DNA of 63,998 nucleotides, counting the filler, from Dirinaria sp. TL-2023a (lineage: Eukaryota), in NCBI GenBank assembly GCA_051941275.1. It is 3 parts of 3 records of this genome, joined end to end, with 100 filler letters (N's around TTAATTAATTAA, not from the genome) between each part and the next. Parts side by side here need not be neighbours in the genome. Positions count along the whole stretch, not along the records: positions 43,566 to 63,998 come from JAVEBF010000287.1; 2 more parts are not named here. One strand, written 5' to 3'. This document shows, one piece after another, positions 52,287-62,420 of the stretch. The notes beneath the pieces are model-generated. The model was not told the DNA's origin. It made no database searches and saw nothing but the letters and a program-made list of their open reading frames with translations. The first letter of the stretch is position 1, and each line of letters starts with the position of its first letter. Made by a program: the position numbers and the translations under genes.

Positions 52287-52749
52287 GGGTGCCGGCAAGC
52301 TTGTGAATGTTAGACATGAACACTTTTAGCATCCCTCAGCTTACCAAGTAGGCAACTGTCAAAGAGTGGGATATATCATCGGCAGAAGTATTGAGCTCAT
52401 AGAGGCCTAATGAGGTAGGCTCCTTAGCGATCAGCAAGAAGGGCGGTATGAAGATGTCTAAAACTTAAAATGGAAAGTCGACAACAAAGTTCAATTTGTC
52501 TCATTTTGCACCTTTCGATATTTCTCAAAGTCTTCTCCACTTCTCCTGATCTTCCTACCTTTTCATCAGGGATGCTGCTGTTTTCGCGCACAAGGCCAGC
52601 TTAGAGCTCATAAACGGATCCCTTCCTCGCGGTACGAGGACTCAGGTAGTCGTAGCAGTGTAGAAGCTACTTCAAGTTTCCCCTTCTACACGTGCAAGCA
52701 GCGTGCTTCCATACTGCTGAGACTTGATAATTCATGAGTAGAGGTGTCA

Positions 52750-53400
52750 TGTATCTCTCTCTCAAGCTCATCACTTGGTAGTGTTCATGTTGTTGAGACG
52801 CCGTGTTCTTCCAGGTGATAGAATGAACGAATAAGCGTAGAGTCGAAATGAATGTCAGATTTATCTGTGCGAATCACTTTCGCTGGTAGAGAGCCGCGCC
52901 TCCAATGCGTGGTATTTGGCGCAGATGGAGCTCAGGTGATGCTTGTGCTTACGCTTTTAGTTTGCTGGCAATCATCGAGGTTTGTAAGGAGGTCTGAGGG
53001 ACTTCTTCGACTCAAGATTTTCAAAGATGTAGAGCGAAGGCTTTCTGACTGCAGACGACTCAGGATATCTGTGTAGGTGGCCGAAAACATGTCTGTATGT
53101 GAGATGGTCAGCACGTATAGTCCAATCGCCATGAAGCAGATAAAAGACATGTTGTAGTCAGTCACCTTGATTCCTGATAATGAACGCCGAGAATAATCAT
53201 GAAGATCATGTTGTAATGCGGAGATGCTTAGTCTCTCTTCGTATCTATGCGCCGGAGGATGATAGACAGGAGAAAACAAGTAAGGCGTAAGTCTTTACAC
53301 AATCGGCATGAATGTGCATGATTGTGTTGATGATTTATGATCGCGATTACATCATGTCTGTTACTACAAGTTCTACATAGGATAGGCAGTTCATACGTGG
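52750..53400 (-). pseudogene. Decayed intron-containing gene, paralogous to 58850-59426, divergent from ncRNA copy A
   Basis: Shared peptide blocks FSPVYHPPAHRY / FPTTYHLSAHRF and TDKSD...LIRSF / ADKSD...LIHSF, and a shared acceptor-like gtgctgaccatctcacatacag / gtgctaatcactcactcacatatag. Stops are present. Confidence 0.5.
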
Positions 53401-53575
53401 ACGTTATTGCTCGCAAATCTTCTCGGATTCCTAATGTATGTAGTAGAGTAGAGAAAGTCTAATTTCCAGTATGTGATAAACATGGAATGCGCTGTGCTAA
53501 GGCTTTTAAGTTAGGCAGGAAAGTGTTGTCGGATTTTAAAGTATATATATTATAATTAGATCAAGTACATTGGTT

Positions 53576-53709
53576 ACCACGTAGACAGTGGTGGTGTAGC
53601 GGTAAAGGTCCGCGAATACTATCGAGTTCGATGGCTCACACCCACTCAATACGGTTGATCCCCCATAACCAAAATTTTTTGGCTGAGGGTTCAAATCCTC
53701 GTGTGCACA
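53576..53709 (+). ncRNA. Pol III-type structured ncRNA family, copy A
   Basis: TATA 53542-53550; A-box TGGTGTAGCGG 53592-53602; T6 53675-53680; B-box GGTTCAAATCC 53688-53698; long T-tract to 53765. Confidence 0.8.
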
Positions 53710-54355
53710 AACCCTTTTCTTTATTTTTTTTTTTTTTATTTTTTTTTTTTTTTTTTTTTTTTTTTGGTGGCTCGCAGTCCTCGCACCATACTATCACAAA
53801 CCCTATACCACAGCCCCTTTTCCGATGCCCGTCCTTGCCCCAACCACTCCCCCTTTCACACCTGCCGCACCCCTTTTCGATATCCACTCTCCATAGTATG
53901 GAGTAGATGATAGACCTAGCGTGCAAAATCACGATCCAGCTCCTGAGGAGGCGCATATTTGATCTATTTCTCACCAGAGCGTTTTACAAAAGGTAGCATC
54001 CAGTACATCACGTGCATCATTGTGATCTGAAATCGAAGTTGACTAACTATGTATACAAGTGTTCACAGATCATCGAAGGTATTAAGCCGATCGGGAGACC
54101 TCATGTTATCACGGCTACAATCTCGATATAATTGGGTCATTTTCATGCGTGGGAGCTGTTTCATGTAATGGTCGACGCTCGGAGCCTGGTTACAATCTTC
54201 AAAGGGCAAGGTGAAGGAACGAAAGCATCGTATGAGGATACACACAAGAACCAAGCTTGGTGTTGGGGTACTATAATCAAGTACTGGAATATCAAACATC
54301 AAGCAGGAATACTATGAGCAGTCTTGAGGGCGGACATATAGGCAGGCAGTGGTAT

Positions 54356-54684
54356 TGTGGGTATTACGTCCCTGGACCCCTGCACCTCTAAGACGGTGTC
54401 GGATTTTGAGTGATGAGCGCGTCGCAGAGAAGAAGATGTTGTCGGCGAGTAGACATCGCAAGCCTAGGTAATGGGGCACGGCGGCAGACCAGGCAGAGGG
54501 TGGTGGTGACGTGTGGGCGGCTCTCCGCCAGTGTATGTAATACTTGTGTTTGTATCTAGATCATCATCACTCATTAGTATTCATACAGGACCTATACAGG
54601 TCGATTCCCCCAGGCTATTGCTGCATCCTTTGGTGCTAGGTTATCCTCCTGCTCTATCTGGTATCTAGAGTCTAGTATCCCACA
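54356..54684. mobile_element. Possible solo LTR (TGTGGG...CCCACA, 329 bp)
   Basis: TG...CA ends with a 6-bp perfect terminal inverted repeat (tgtgggtattac vs tgtgggatacta). No target-site duplication is seen and there is no second copy in the window. Confidence 0.3.
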
Positions 54685-55068
54685 TCTGTTCCCTCACACT
54701 GTGTGTATCGTTTATGATGAATGCGAAATACCCTTTTTTTTTTTTTTTTTTTTTTTTTTGAATTAGCTCAGAGTTCCCAGATCAATAGATGATGTTCGGT
54801 TTTGCACAAACCAGTAGGGATAAGTTCAAAGGATGCGGATGGCGAAATAGGGGCTACGATACACGTATATGAAAAGTTCCAGGCTTTTTTTTCCCTTTCA
54901 TGTTACGTCGCCTGAATATCTTTATACAGTCGAGACAGAATCATGACACACTACATGTAATTGCAATGAAACTTCTAAGGTAACTTTGGTGGCTCAGCGA
55001 GATATATAATTTTACCCTCTATGGAATTTAAAGTATATATATAATAATTGGGCCAAATGTTATCGGTA

Positions 55069-55187
55069 ACCACGTAGCAAGGTGATGGTGTAGCGGTAAA
55101 GTCCGCGAATACTATCGAGTTCGATGGCTCACACTCACCCTATACGGTAGAACCCCCTTTTTGCAGGTTCAAATCCTGAGGTGTGCA
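55069..55187 (+). ncRNA. Pol III-type structured ncRNA family, copy B
   Basis: TATA 55034-55043; A-box 55086-55096; T5 55158-55162; B-box GGTTCAAATCC 55166-55176 within CAGG-TTCAAAT-CCTG; T15 from 55191. Confidence 0.8.
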
Positions 55188-56995
55188 AACTTTTTTTTTT
55201 TTTTTCTTTTTTCTTTCTTAGCTCACACTAATTACACCATCTTATGTTTGCATTCGATTCATCCAGTAGGGGATCTACAGTTATAAGATATGTGTTGGAA
55301 ATCTCGCTGATACCTAGCGCCTTAGCATGGTTATGTGCCCACCACTCCCCAGCAATTCCATCCTCAGTGTCGTCCAAAACGTCACTTTTCAGCATACTAT
55401 CAGCTCAGTCTCGCCCTGTATACTCGAGGAGTGATACTCCCTGATCTATAGCAGATGCTAGCATATTTTAATTAAAGCCCTATATCGAACAGTCACGATG
55501 TTCTACGCGAGCAGTCACGGTCACAAAATCGAGCTGTTGGAAACTATACATCGGGTAAGTCACTACAAGTCATGTCTCCTAGGCTAGAATAGCTCCTTAT
55601 TTGAGGCAGTATGACCTGCCTGATACCAGAAGTATACATATTTTAAACAGTGTCGGAAACAGGCCTCTGTCGTGGTCAGCAACGTTACAGTTTGATCCAG
55701 GATGATCTATTGAATCGAAATGCCCTGTTTCGTGAGCTGCAAAGTTTTGATTTGTGGAATAAATCATGATCAGAATTTGCTAGCGTGAATGTTCTTAGTA
55801 CACTTTTCGCTCTCTCGATCACGAGCGAGTTTTGCGAGCTCAAGGAGACTGTAAGAGAAGGATATACACTACGAGAAAGCAGAAGATGCCGCAGAAAGCA
55901 GCGTCGGTCGAGAATATTTACACAACAAGAAGGATAATATGAGTCAAATGAGACCCCAATGGCGACAGGGGCGTCTCGCTTAATGGGGCGTGTTGGAAAG
56001 TTCCCACATACCTGGTGCCTTGACGTGGCTTTGCGTATAAGGAGACAAACTCTTCCAACAATTTCGTCCTGAAGATCATCAAAAATTTCAAGATACAAGA
56101 GTGCTGTCACCCCTTTTTTTGTATCCGCAAACCCCGAACATACTTTAGGATTGATGGAAAACGTACTTATAAGTGTATGTAATTGGCTTGAAAGGCTCTG
56201 ATTACTGCAAAAAGAGAGTAATACTGCTCGTCCGTTCTAAAATTACACATCTTTTCAATCTTTGAGCCTTTAATGAGACTCAAAATGTCATAGGACAGAG
56301 CAGAAACGCATGCAATTGACCTTGTTGTTTTTCAGATTTCCCAGTAGTGACGAAGGTATATTCATTCGATTGAGCGTAGTATCTTTGATCATCTGCCAAC
56401 ACATACCATTATAAAGCATGTACGATGAGGTCTTTCACTTATGACTATCACTCACAGTGCTGCCAGAATCATATTTGCATGTAGCTGAATGTATCCCTTC
56501 AGCACTCGTAAAGCGTATAGTTACACTCATATTGAATTTGGACGAAAAATAGTGTATATGGGTCTGGTAAGGTTTGAACCATGTAACGACTTTCTAGCTT
56601 TGACATAATAAGTTGGATTCTGCGTGGTGCAGTGCAAGACATATTGACTCTATCTCATACCGGCCAAACATGGGCCTACTAATGAGCGGGATCATGGAAA
56701 AATGAATAGATAATACAAGCTCACTGTTTACTCAGTACAGGAGGGTGTCCAAGATGTCCAAATCGAGGGGTTGGAGAGGGTTTAGATTTGATAAAGGACT
56801 GTGAGGCGTGTCGCTTTTTCCACCCGAGAGATTTTGATAGTTGACATGTTCAACAAGGCATTGCAACTCGGAATTGATCACTAAGATAATACATAGAAAG
56901 GTGGTAGCCCAGGGAGACCCCACGCCTTAATGGTAACTTTAAAAGAATAAAAAGTATATATATATATACAATAATTGGACCAAATTTTAGTGGTA

Positions 56996-57114
56996 ACCAC
57001 GTAGCAAGGTGATGGTGTAGCGGTAAAGTCCGCGAATACTATCGAGTTCGATGGCTCACACTCACCCTATACGGCAGAACCCCCTTTTTGTGGGTTCGAA
57101 TCCCGAGGTGGGCA
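56996..57114 (+). ncRNA. Pol III-type structured ncRNA family, copy C
   Basis: TATA 56955-56968; A-box 57013-57023; T5 57085-57089; canonical B-box GGTTCGAATCC 57093-57103; T-tract 57117-57142. Confidence 0.82.
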
Positions 57115-57116
57115 AA

Positions 57117-57148
<32 letters not shown>

Positions 57149-57302
57149 AGCATTAGTAAATATGTAGATGACGACCCTTTTAAATTCTCTTGTTACTATG
57201 TAGCAAAGCGACTATGTAGCAAGGTCGTGCTTATGCGCAGCCAAAGCTCGACCCTTCAAATTTAAACTATATATATAATAATTGGATCAAATATTATCGG
57301 TA

Positions 57303-57422
57303 ACCACGTAGCAAGGTGATGGTGTAGCGGTAAAGGTCCGCGAATACTTTGGAGTTCCATTGTCTCACACCCACCCGCTACGGTTGAACCCCCTTTTTGC
57401 GGGTTCGGATCCGGAGATTGCA
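57303..57422 (+). ncRNA. Pol III-type structured ncRNA family, copy D (most diverged, tandem to C)
   Basis: TATA 57268-57277; A-box 57320-57330; hairpin TGG-AGTT-CCA 57350-57359; T5 57394-57398; B-box variant GGTTCGGATCC 57402-57412; T-runs from 57426. Confidence 0.7.
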
Positions 57423-58849
57423 AACTTTTTAATTTTTTTAATTTTTTGCGAGCAGTTCGACTACTTCTCAATTACAAATCCATACTCACAATCAACTTTT
57501 TCTGTGTTCGCAAGACTCAATGTTGACTTTATTGCATCCCATATGATGAGCTAATGATGAATTCAGTCTGTAAGCTCATGATTCTGTTTTTTATCAGGCG
57601 TATTTTTGATCATCATGATCTATACGCAATATCTTTGACAACGCGCTATGAGTAAGTCAGACTTATTCTGTCCAGGTCAGTCGATGACTTATGCACGAGT
57701 AATGTTAAAAATCATTTCTTGGGCGATTCGAGTCTTCTCAGCGCTAGAGATGATGATACAGCGAGCATGATTGTCTTGAGAATACTGTCTCTAGAGTTAA
57801 ATACTTCGTCTACCTTTTCCGCTGACATTTGTAGTGGGTGAGTTGGGTAAAGAGAAGCGAAATTACATCGTGCGATGAAGAAGGAGGCGGTATTGAGGCA
57901 ATTGTGAAAATCAGAAAAGATGCTGAAATTTCGTATATACTCGTTCTCGTATGTACTGTTTAAATCACTATCAAAATTGCGTCACATGTATGGTGGAAAG
58001 ACCGAGAAAGTTCAGAGCACTGGTCGATCTATTACTATGTCTCGATCATTTAACTACATCGAAATGGCAAGACATACATCTAGACATTTGTCTTTAGTCG
58101 AGCTAGTCACATCTTCGCATGACTATGTGTATTCAAGAAGTTCAATCCTTCTAGCACTTCCATCTTCAATATCATCAAAATTGTCAATAACGCTGGTGCA
58201 TGGTGTCTCGACTTTGTTGCTAATCGTAGAACGAACCACCTGTTGTACCAGTACTGCTACTTTCAGCCAGCATTAGAATTCAATGACTTTGTTAGACCTG
58301 ATCCATTGGGAACGTGAAGCTAGAGATAAAGACTGTCTTGATATCGAAATATTACAGCGACGAGTTTGACTTGTCTCTTGTAGCGATAGCAATACACGCG
58401 GTTCGGCAGGTTTGGAGGATTAAGAGAGAAAAGAGAATAGTGAGGGATGACGCAGCGGAAACTCAGAGAACACCTATTGGAAACCCCATTTTCGAAGCGT
58501 TTTCCCTCAGGCAAATTTCCTCTATCCCGTATGTTAAAGGCTGCGAACGAGACTGACACAAATAGAGGCAGCCGTGAGCGGCGAAGAGTTCGCCCCCGAG
58601 CGGAACTTGTTTCGTTGTCGACGGAAATGCGGGCGCAGCAAGTGCAGTGTCGTCGCTCTGTTATGGACCTTTGGTGTACCTTCTCGCTGAAGAGCTCCAC
58701 ATGTTCTCGCAACTTTAGATCGGCTTAGCATCGATTCGATCAGAGAAAACTCGTTCAGCATTTCTCTCTCTTGTCACTTAATGAGTTTAAATAGTTCTTA
58801 CTGATAAAGATTTTCATCGGCGGACATTGCTAAGACTTGAATACTCATG

Positions 58850-59426
58850 GTCGCCGGTATCATCCATCTCTCCCAAAATCATCTCTTTATTTTGCTGTTG
58901 TTGGAGAAAAATCTTGCTTCTGCTTGGCAGAACGAATGGATAAGACCGAGTATCGAGTCAGGAGTCAGATTTGTCTGCGGGAATCATGTAGCTTATGTAG
59001 CGGACGTGTCGATGGGATCGTTTTCTATTTAGACAGAGCCCGTCCGGTGTTTTAGCTGACGCGTATGATTTGTAGAGGAATTTGTGAGCTTAGAGTCTTT
59101 GGAGATGTGAAAGCAAGACTTTCTGGTTGCAGATGATCGGGGCTAGATGTGTAAGGAACCAAGGAATGCCTATATGTGAGTGAGTGATTAGCACCTATGT
59201 AGATCTTGCTTGATTACGCCGACGAAGAGATCGCGTCATCACCTTGTTTGTCGCTCAAGGGCGCCCAGAAGATCCTTAGAAACATCCCGAATTCAATGAT
59301 GCTGGCTGCTCCTCTAAATCGATGGGCCGAAAGATGATAGGTAGTAGGAAAGGTAAAAATGGTTTTGTTGACAATATTCTGTCGCAGTTGGTGTTCCAGT
59401 TGTAGGCCGTATTTGTGATGGAACAT
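58850..59426 (-). pseudogene. Decayed intron-containing gene, paralogous to 52750-53400, divergent from ncRNA copy E
   Basis: ORF 59214..59426 plus downstream segments align by eye to the copy-A flank, e.g. gtcagatttgtctgcgggaatca vs gtcagatttatctgtgcgaatca. Stops and frameshifts are present. Confidence 0.5.
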
Positions 59427-59602
59427 AGCTAATGGAAATGCTCCTCAAATTTCTACGTAGAATGGCAGAACTCAGAAGTTGTCTTTTAGTGTGTGATAAA
59501 TGTGCTGTGCCGCGGCTATTGTGAGTGTGTTGGTTGGTTAGAACAATCAGTGTTATTGAAATTAAAGTATATATATTCTAATTAGATCAAATCCTAGTGG
59601 TA

Positions 59603-59722
59603 ACCACGTAGACAGTGGTGGTGTAGCGGTAAAGGTCCGCGAATACTATCGAGTTCGATGGCTCACACCCACTCAATACGGTTGAACCCCTCTTTTTGTG
59701 GGTTCAAATCCCGATGTGAACA
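59603..59722 (+). ncRNA. Pol III-type structured ncRNA family, copy E
   Basis: TATA 59568-59575; A-box 59619-59629; T5 59693-59697; B-box GGTTCAAATCC 59701-59711; T-runs from 59725. Confidence 0.8.
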
Positions 59723-61119
59723 AATTTTTTTCTCCTTTTTTTCTTTTTTATTCCCCATCTCTCCATCGTTCAGTACCTCGTCTTGCTAAGAAGAAGTGTC
59801 TAGAGGTCTGGGTACACCTACAGTCATGATTTTACCGATGACTCTATGAAGGCTATTGATGCTACCTCGCGTATGTCCTTGAGATCATAAGGTAGGCACA
59901 TACTTTAAGATATGCGAACGCTGCTATGCATTTACTCTCGACCCGCATAAAAACTCTTAATTCTATATCGAGCCTTGGATACATTTAAAACACCCACATT
60001 TTTTTGTATTTTGATACAGTTGCCAGTTTCATCGCAATAATATTTAAAGCGTTAGATGATGTGGGCACCCGTCCAGGGTCCACTGCCTACGTAGAGGAAG
60101 CCATGTCCCAGGCTCTACTACCTAGTGACTCATAGACTGATACAGTTGGCGATCTATGTGACGATTACAGTGGCAATTTATATGACAGGGAGTATATGAT
60201 GGGTATGTAAAGCACTTCCAACATCACCAGTGACTTCCAAAAATGCTCCAATATGGCGTTGAGTATCGCACTACAGAAGCTCTCCTTTGCCTATCCACCC
60301 ACTCCAGGCGTAGGTAGATCGAGTTGTTGGTGCTAGGGACGGCATCTTTTGGGGCTATTTCTGCTTTCTATATAGAAGTCTCTGGCCCCGGCGAGGCCCA
60401 ATACCAATATATATGACTTTGGCTAATACTAGTTCCATAAGACATTGAAAGCACATCCTTGTTCCATGTACCGTACTTCTTTTTAAAAGATTTGTGCCGC
60501 CCAGTATCACATCCGCCGCACCCTCTTCTCGTTATTTGCTGACCCTAGTGTTTATAGACTAATCGTGGGTTCCCTAATTGTAAGTGACAATACCATATTC
60601 ATATTCATCTGCGCGGGAACACCACCAGTGACCACAAATGCACACCCATTGGGTGGCATCAATGACTCTGACAGAATAGACATCGACATCTAGACACTTC
60701 CACCCAGTCAAGCCAGCCCCTGGGGCAAGAACGTGTGTACATATTCTGTGGCCAATGCGAAACAGTGTTTTCTTTTTTCATTGGATAGGAGTACTCCAAA
60801 CCAATCATGACAATTTGAATAATTTGTCGATAAGCAAAATTCTGGAAGGTGTGGAGGTCCAAATAGGATGTGTTCAGGAACGTGAGAGTACGGTTGCTGT
60901 CATTCCTGTAAAAGCATTGTAAGCCTGTTTATAATTAATTAGGAGAAAGAGCGCGGGGGGATGACTACAATTAATTGCAATGTAAATTTTATGCTAGGTA
61001 ACGATGTAGTAAGGTGGTAGCAGAACGAAACCCATAATTTTACTCCCTATAGAATCTATGATTGAAGTGTTGTGGAATTTAAAGTATATATATTGTAATT
61101 AGATCAAATCTCAGCGGCA

Positions 61120-61238
61120 ACCACGTAGGCGGTGGTGGTGTAGCGGTAAAGGTCCGCGAATACTATCGAGTTCGATAGCTCACACCCACCTGATACGGCA
61201 GAGCCCCCTTTTTGCGGGTTCAAATCTCGGTGTGTGCA
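61120..61238 (+). ncRNA. Pol III-type structured ncRNA family, copy F
   Basis: TATA 61085-61092; A-box 61136-61146; perfect CTATCG-AGTT-CGATAG hairpin; T5 61209-61213; B-box GGTTCAAATCT 61217-61227; T-runs from 61243. Confidence 0.8.
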
Positions 61239-61748
61239 AACATTTTTTTATTTTTATTTTTTCTTTTTTCTCTTGGAAGCTGTTAGCGTTCTGGTAGCCT
61301 TAGCATAAGGCTAGCATCGAAATCCTCCAAATGACGCAACCTCATACACCTACCCACTGAAAATATATCGGCACAGTAACATTTTGCAGATGCCTGCAAT
61401 GCAGTCTTGCGCGCTATTGCGCACAGCCCACTAAGTGTTGGAAGCGGAAAGACAACAATAAGGTAGGGTGGCCTTGGGCGCCTTAAGTAGGTATCTATGA
61501 CTCACAGCTGCAGCCCCGCAATGCAACTCCGACAATTGATACTTAGCATCCACCACTACCCACAGCGATCTCTCTCAAGAGTTTTTCGTGGAAGTTTGAA
61601 TAAGCCATTCTATCGAAATCTCTCCCATTCTCCCCGTCGTACTTCCGCCTTTACAAGAGGACACACAATATCGTTACAGGCAACCCCGGCCTCCGGTATC
61701 AGCACGAATAGCAATTCTATCGAGTTCAAAACCACGCCTAACTTCAAG

Positions 61749-62420
61749 ATGACTTCTACCTCTACCAACCAAGCTTTATACCAAGAGGCTGACTCAGCCA
61801 GCGATAAAACCTCGGTACCCAATGACTCTCCCGCACCCAGCCCACGTACTAGCATCACAAGCGCCTCCGAAATCTCAGATGAAGATGATGACGAATATGA
61901 AAATCTGGCCCAACCTCTTTTCGATCTGATCACGAACCACGTCGCCGAATGCCAGAGATCGCCCGAATACCCAATCTCAAGCACTGATTTCCCTTCATTC
62001 AAAACCTTCTGGCGCTCACAGTTCGACCACCTCCGCTCCTGCCTAGTGGACTCCCAGGAGAATCGCTTACTGATCACGTATCCGCCTCTTCGTGTTCTCG
62101 AGATAGCGATCCTTGATAACGCGGAATTGCCCGAATGTCCCTGCGATCTCGATCATCGGGATGCTGATATTGTAATCCGTCAGTCCGATGGGATCTCGAG
62201 AGAGGGTTTACTAGGGGCCATAAATGAGGCGCTGTATGGGGACGGGGTACAGAGCGAGGATCTCCCGCTCTGGACAAAATATGGTGGGCGGTTGGTGGTC
62301 AAGGGGTGGAACTGTATGTTGCAGGATGAGAATATTTTCTATAAAGGGTCTTCAAACACAAGAATGAGAATATGGATACATTGCGCTGGAGCTGACGATC
62401 AGAATATTGGCTCGGTATGA
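61749..62420 (+). CDS. Hypothetical protein (~223 aa; ORF open from 61497), acidic N-terminus, no recognised domain
   Basis: Intact ORF with a plausible ATG context (ttcaagATG) and a protein-like C-terminal half (ECPC...GISREGLLGAINEALYG). Confidence 0.6.
   Translation: MTSTSTNQALYQEADSASDKTSVPNDSPAPSPRTSITSASEISDEDDDEYENLAQPLFDLITNHVAECQRSPEYPISSTDFPSFKTFWRSQFDHLRSCLVDSQENRLLITYPPLRVLEIAILDNAELPECPCDLDHRDADIVIRQSDGISREGLLGAINEALYGDGVQSEDLPLWTKYGGRLVVKGWNCMLQDENIFYKGSSNTRMRIWIHCAGADDQNIGSV

Noticed and set aside
53590..53640. Hammerhead or HDV-like ribozyme (stem-GAA-stem, GCGAAT, GTC in copies D and G)
   Set aside because: There is no CTGANGA core before the stem and no room for the HDV P3/P1.1 nested pseudoknot. 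An in vitro self-cleavage test would be needed to exclude it fully.
53576..53709. Repeat as a canonical, intron-containing, permuted or selenocysteine tRNA
   Set aside because: The 7 nt before the A-box do not pair with the 3' tail, there is no D-stem or anticodon stem-loop, no CT-TCA-A loop, and an internal T5/T6 run.
60060..60640. Second solo-LTR candidate (TGTGG...CCACA)
   Set aside because: No TSD and no real similarity to 54356-54684 beyond a few bases.
53540..61270. Repeat as a tRNA-derived SINE
   Set aside because: Homology extends upstream of the predicted start (TATA and hundreds of bp of flank), there are no TSDs or LINE-like 3' tail, the sense-strand tail is T rather than A, and copies are clustered and mostly co-oriented.
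53540..61270. CRISPR array, 5S rRNA, U6 or SRP RNA
   Set aside because: Units are ~200 bp with irregular kb-scale spacing and no cas genes. They lack the U6 ACAGAGA box, the 5S internal sequence and the SRP helix-8 motif.
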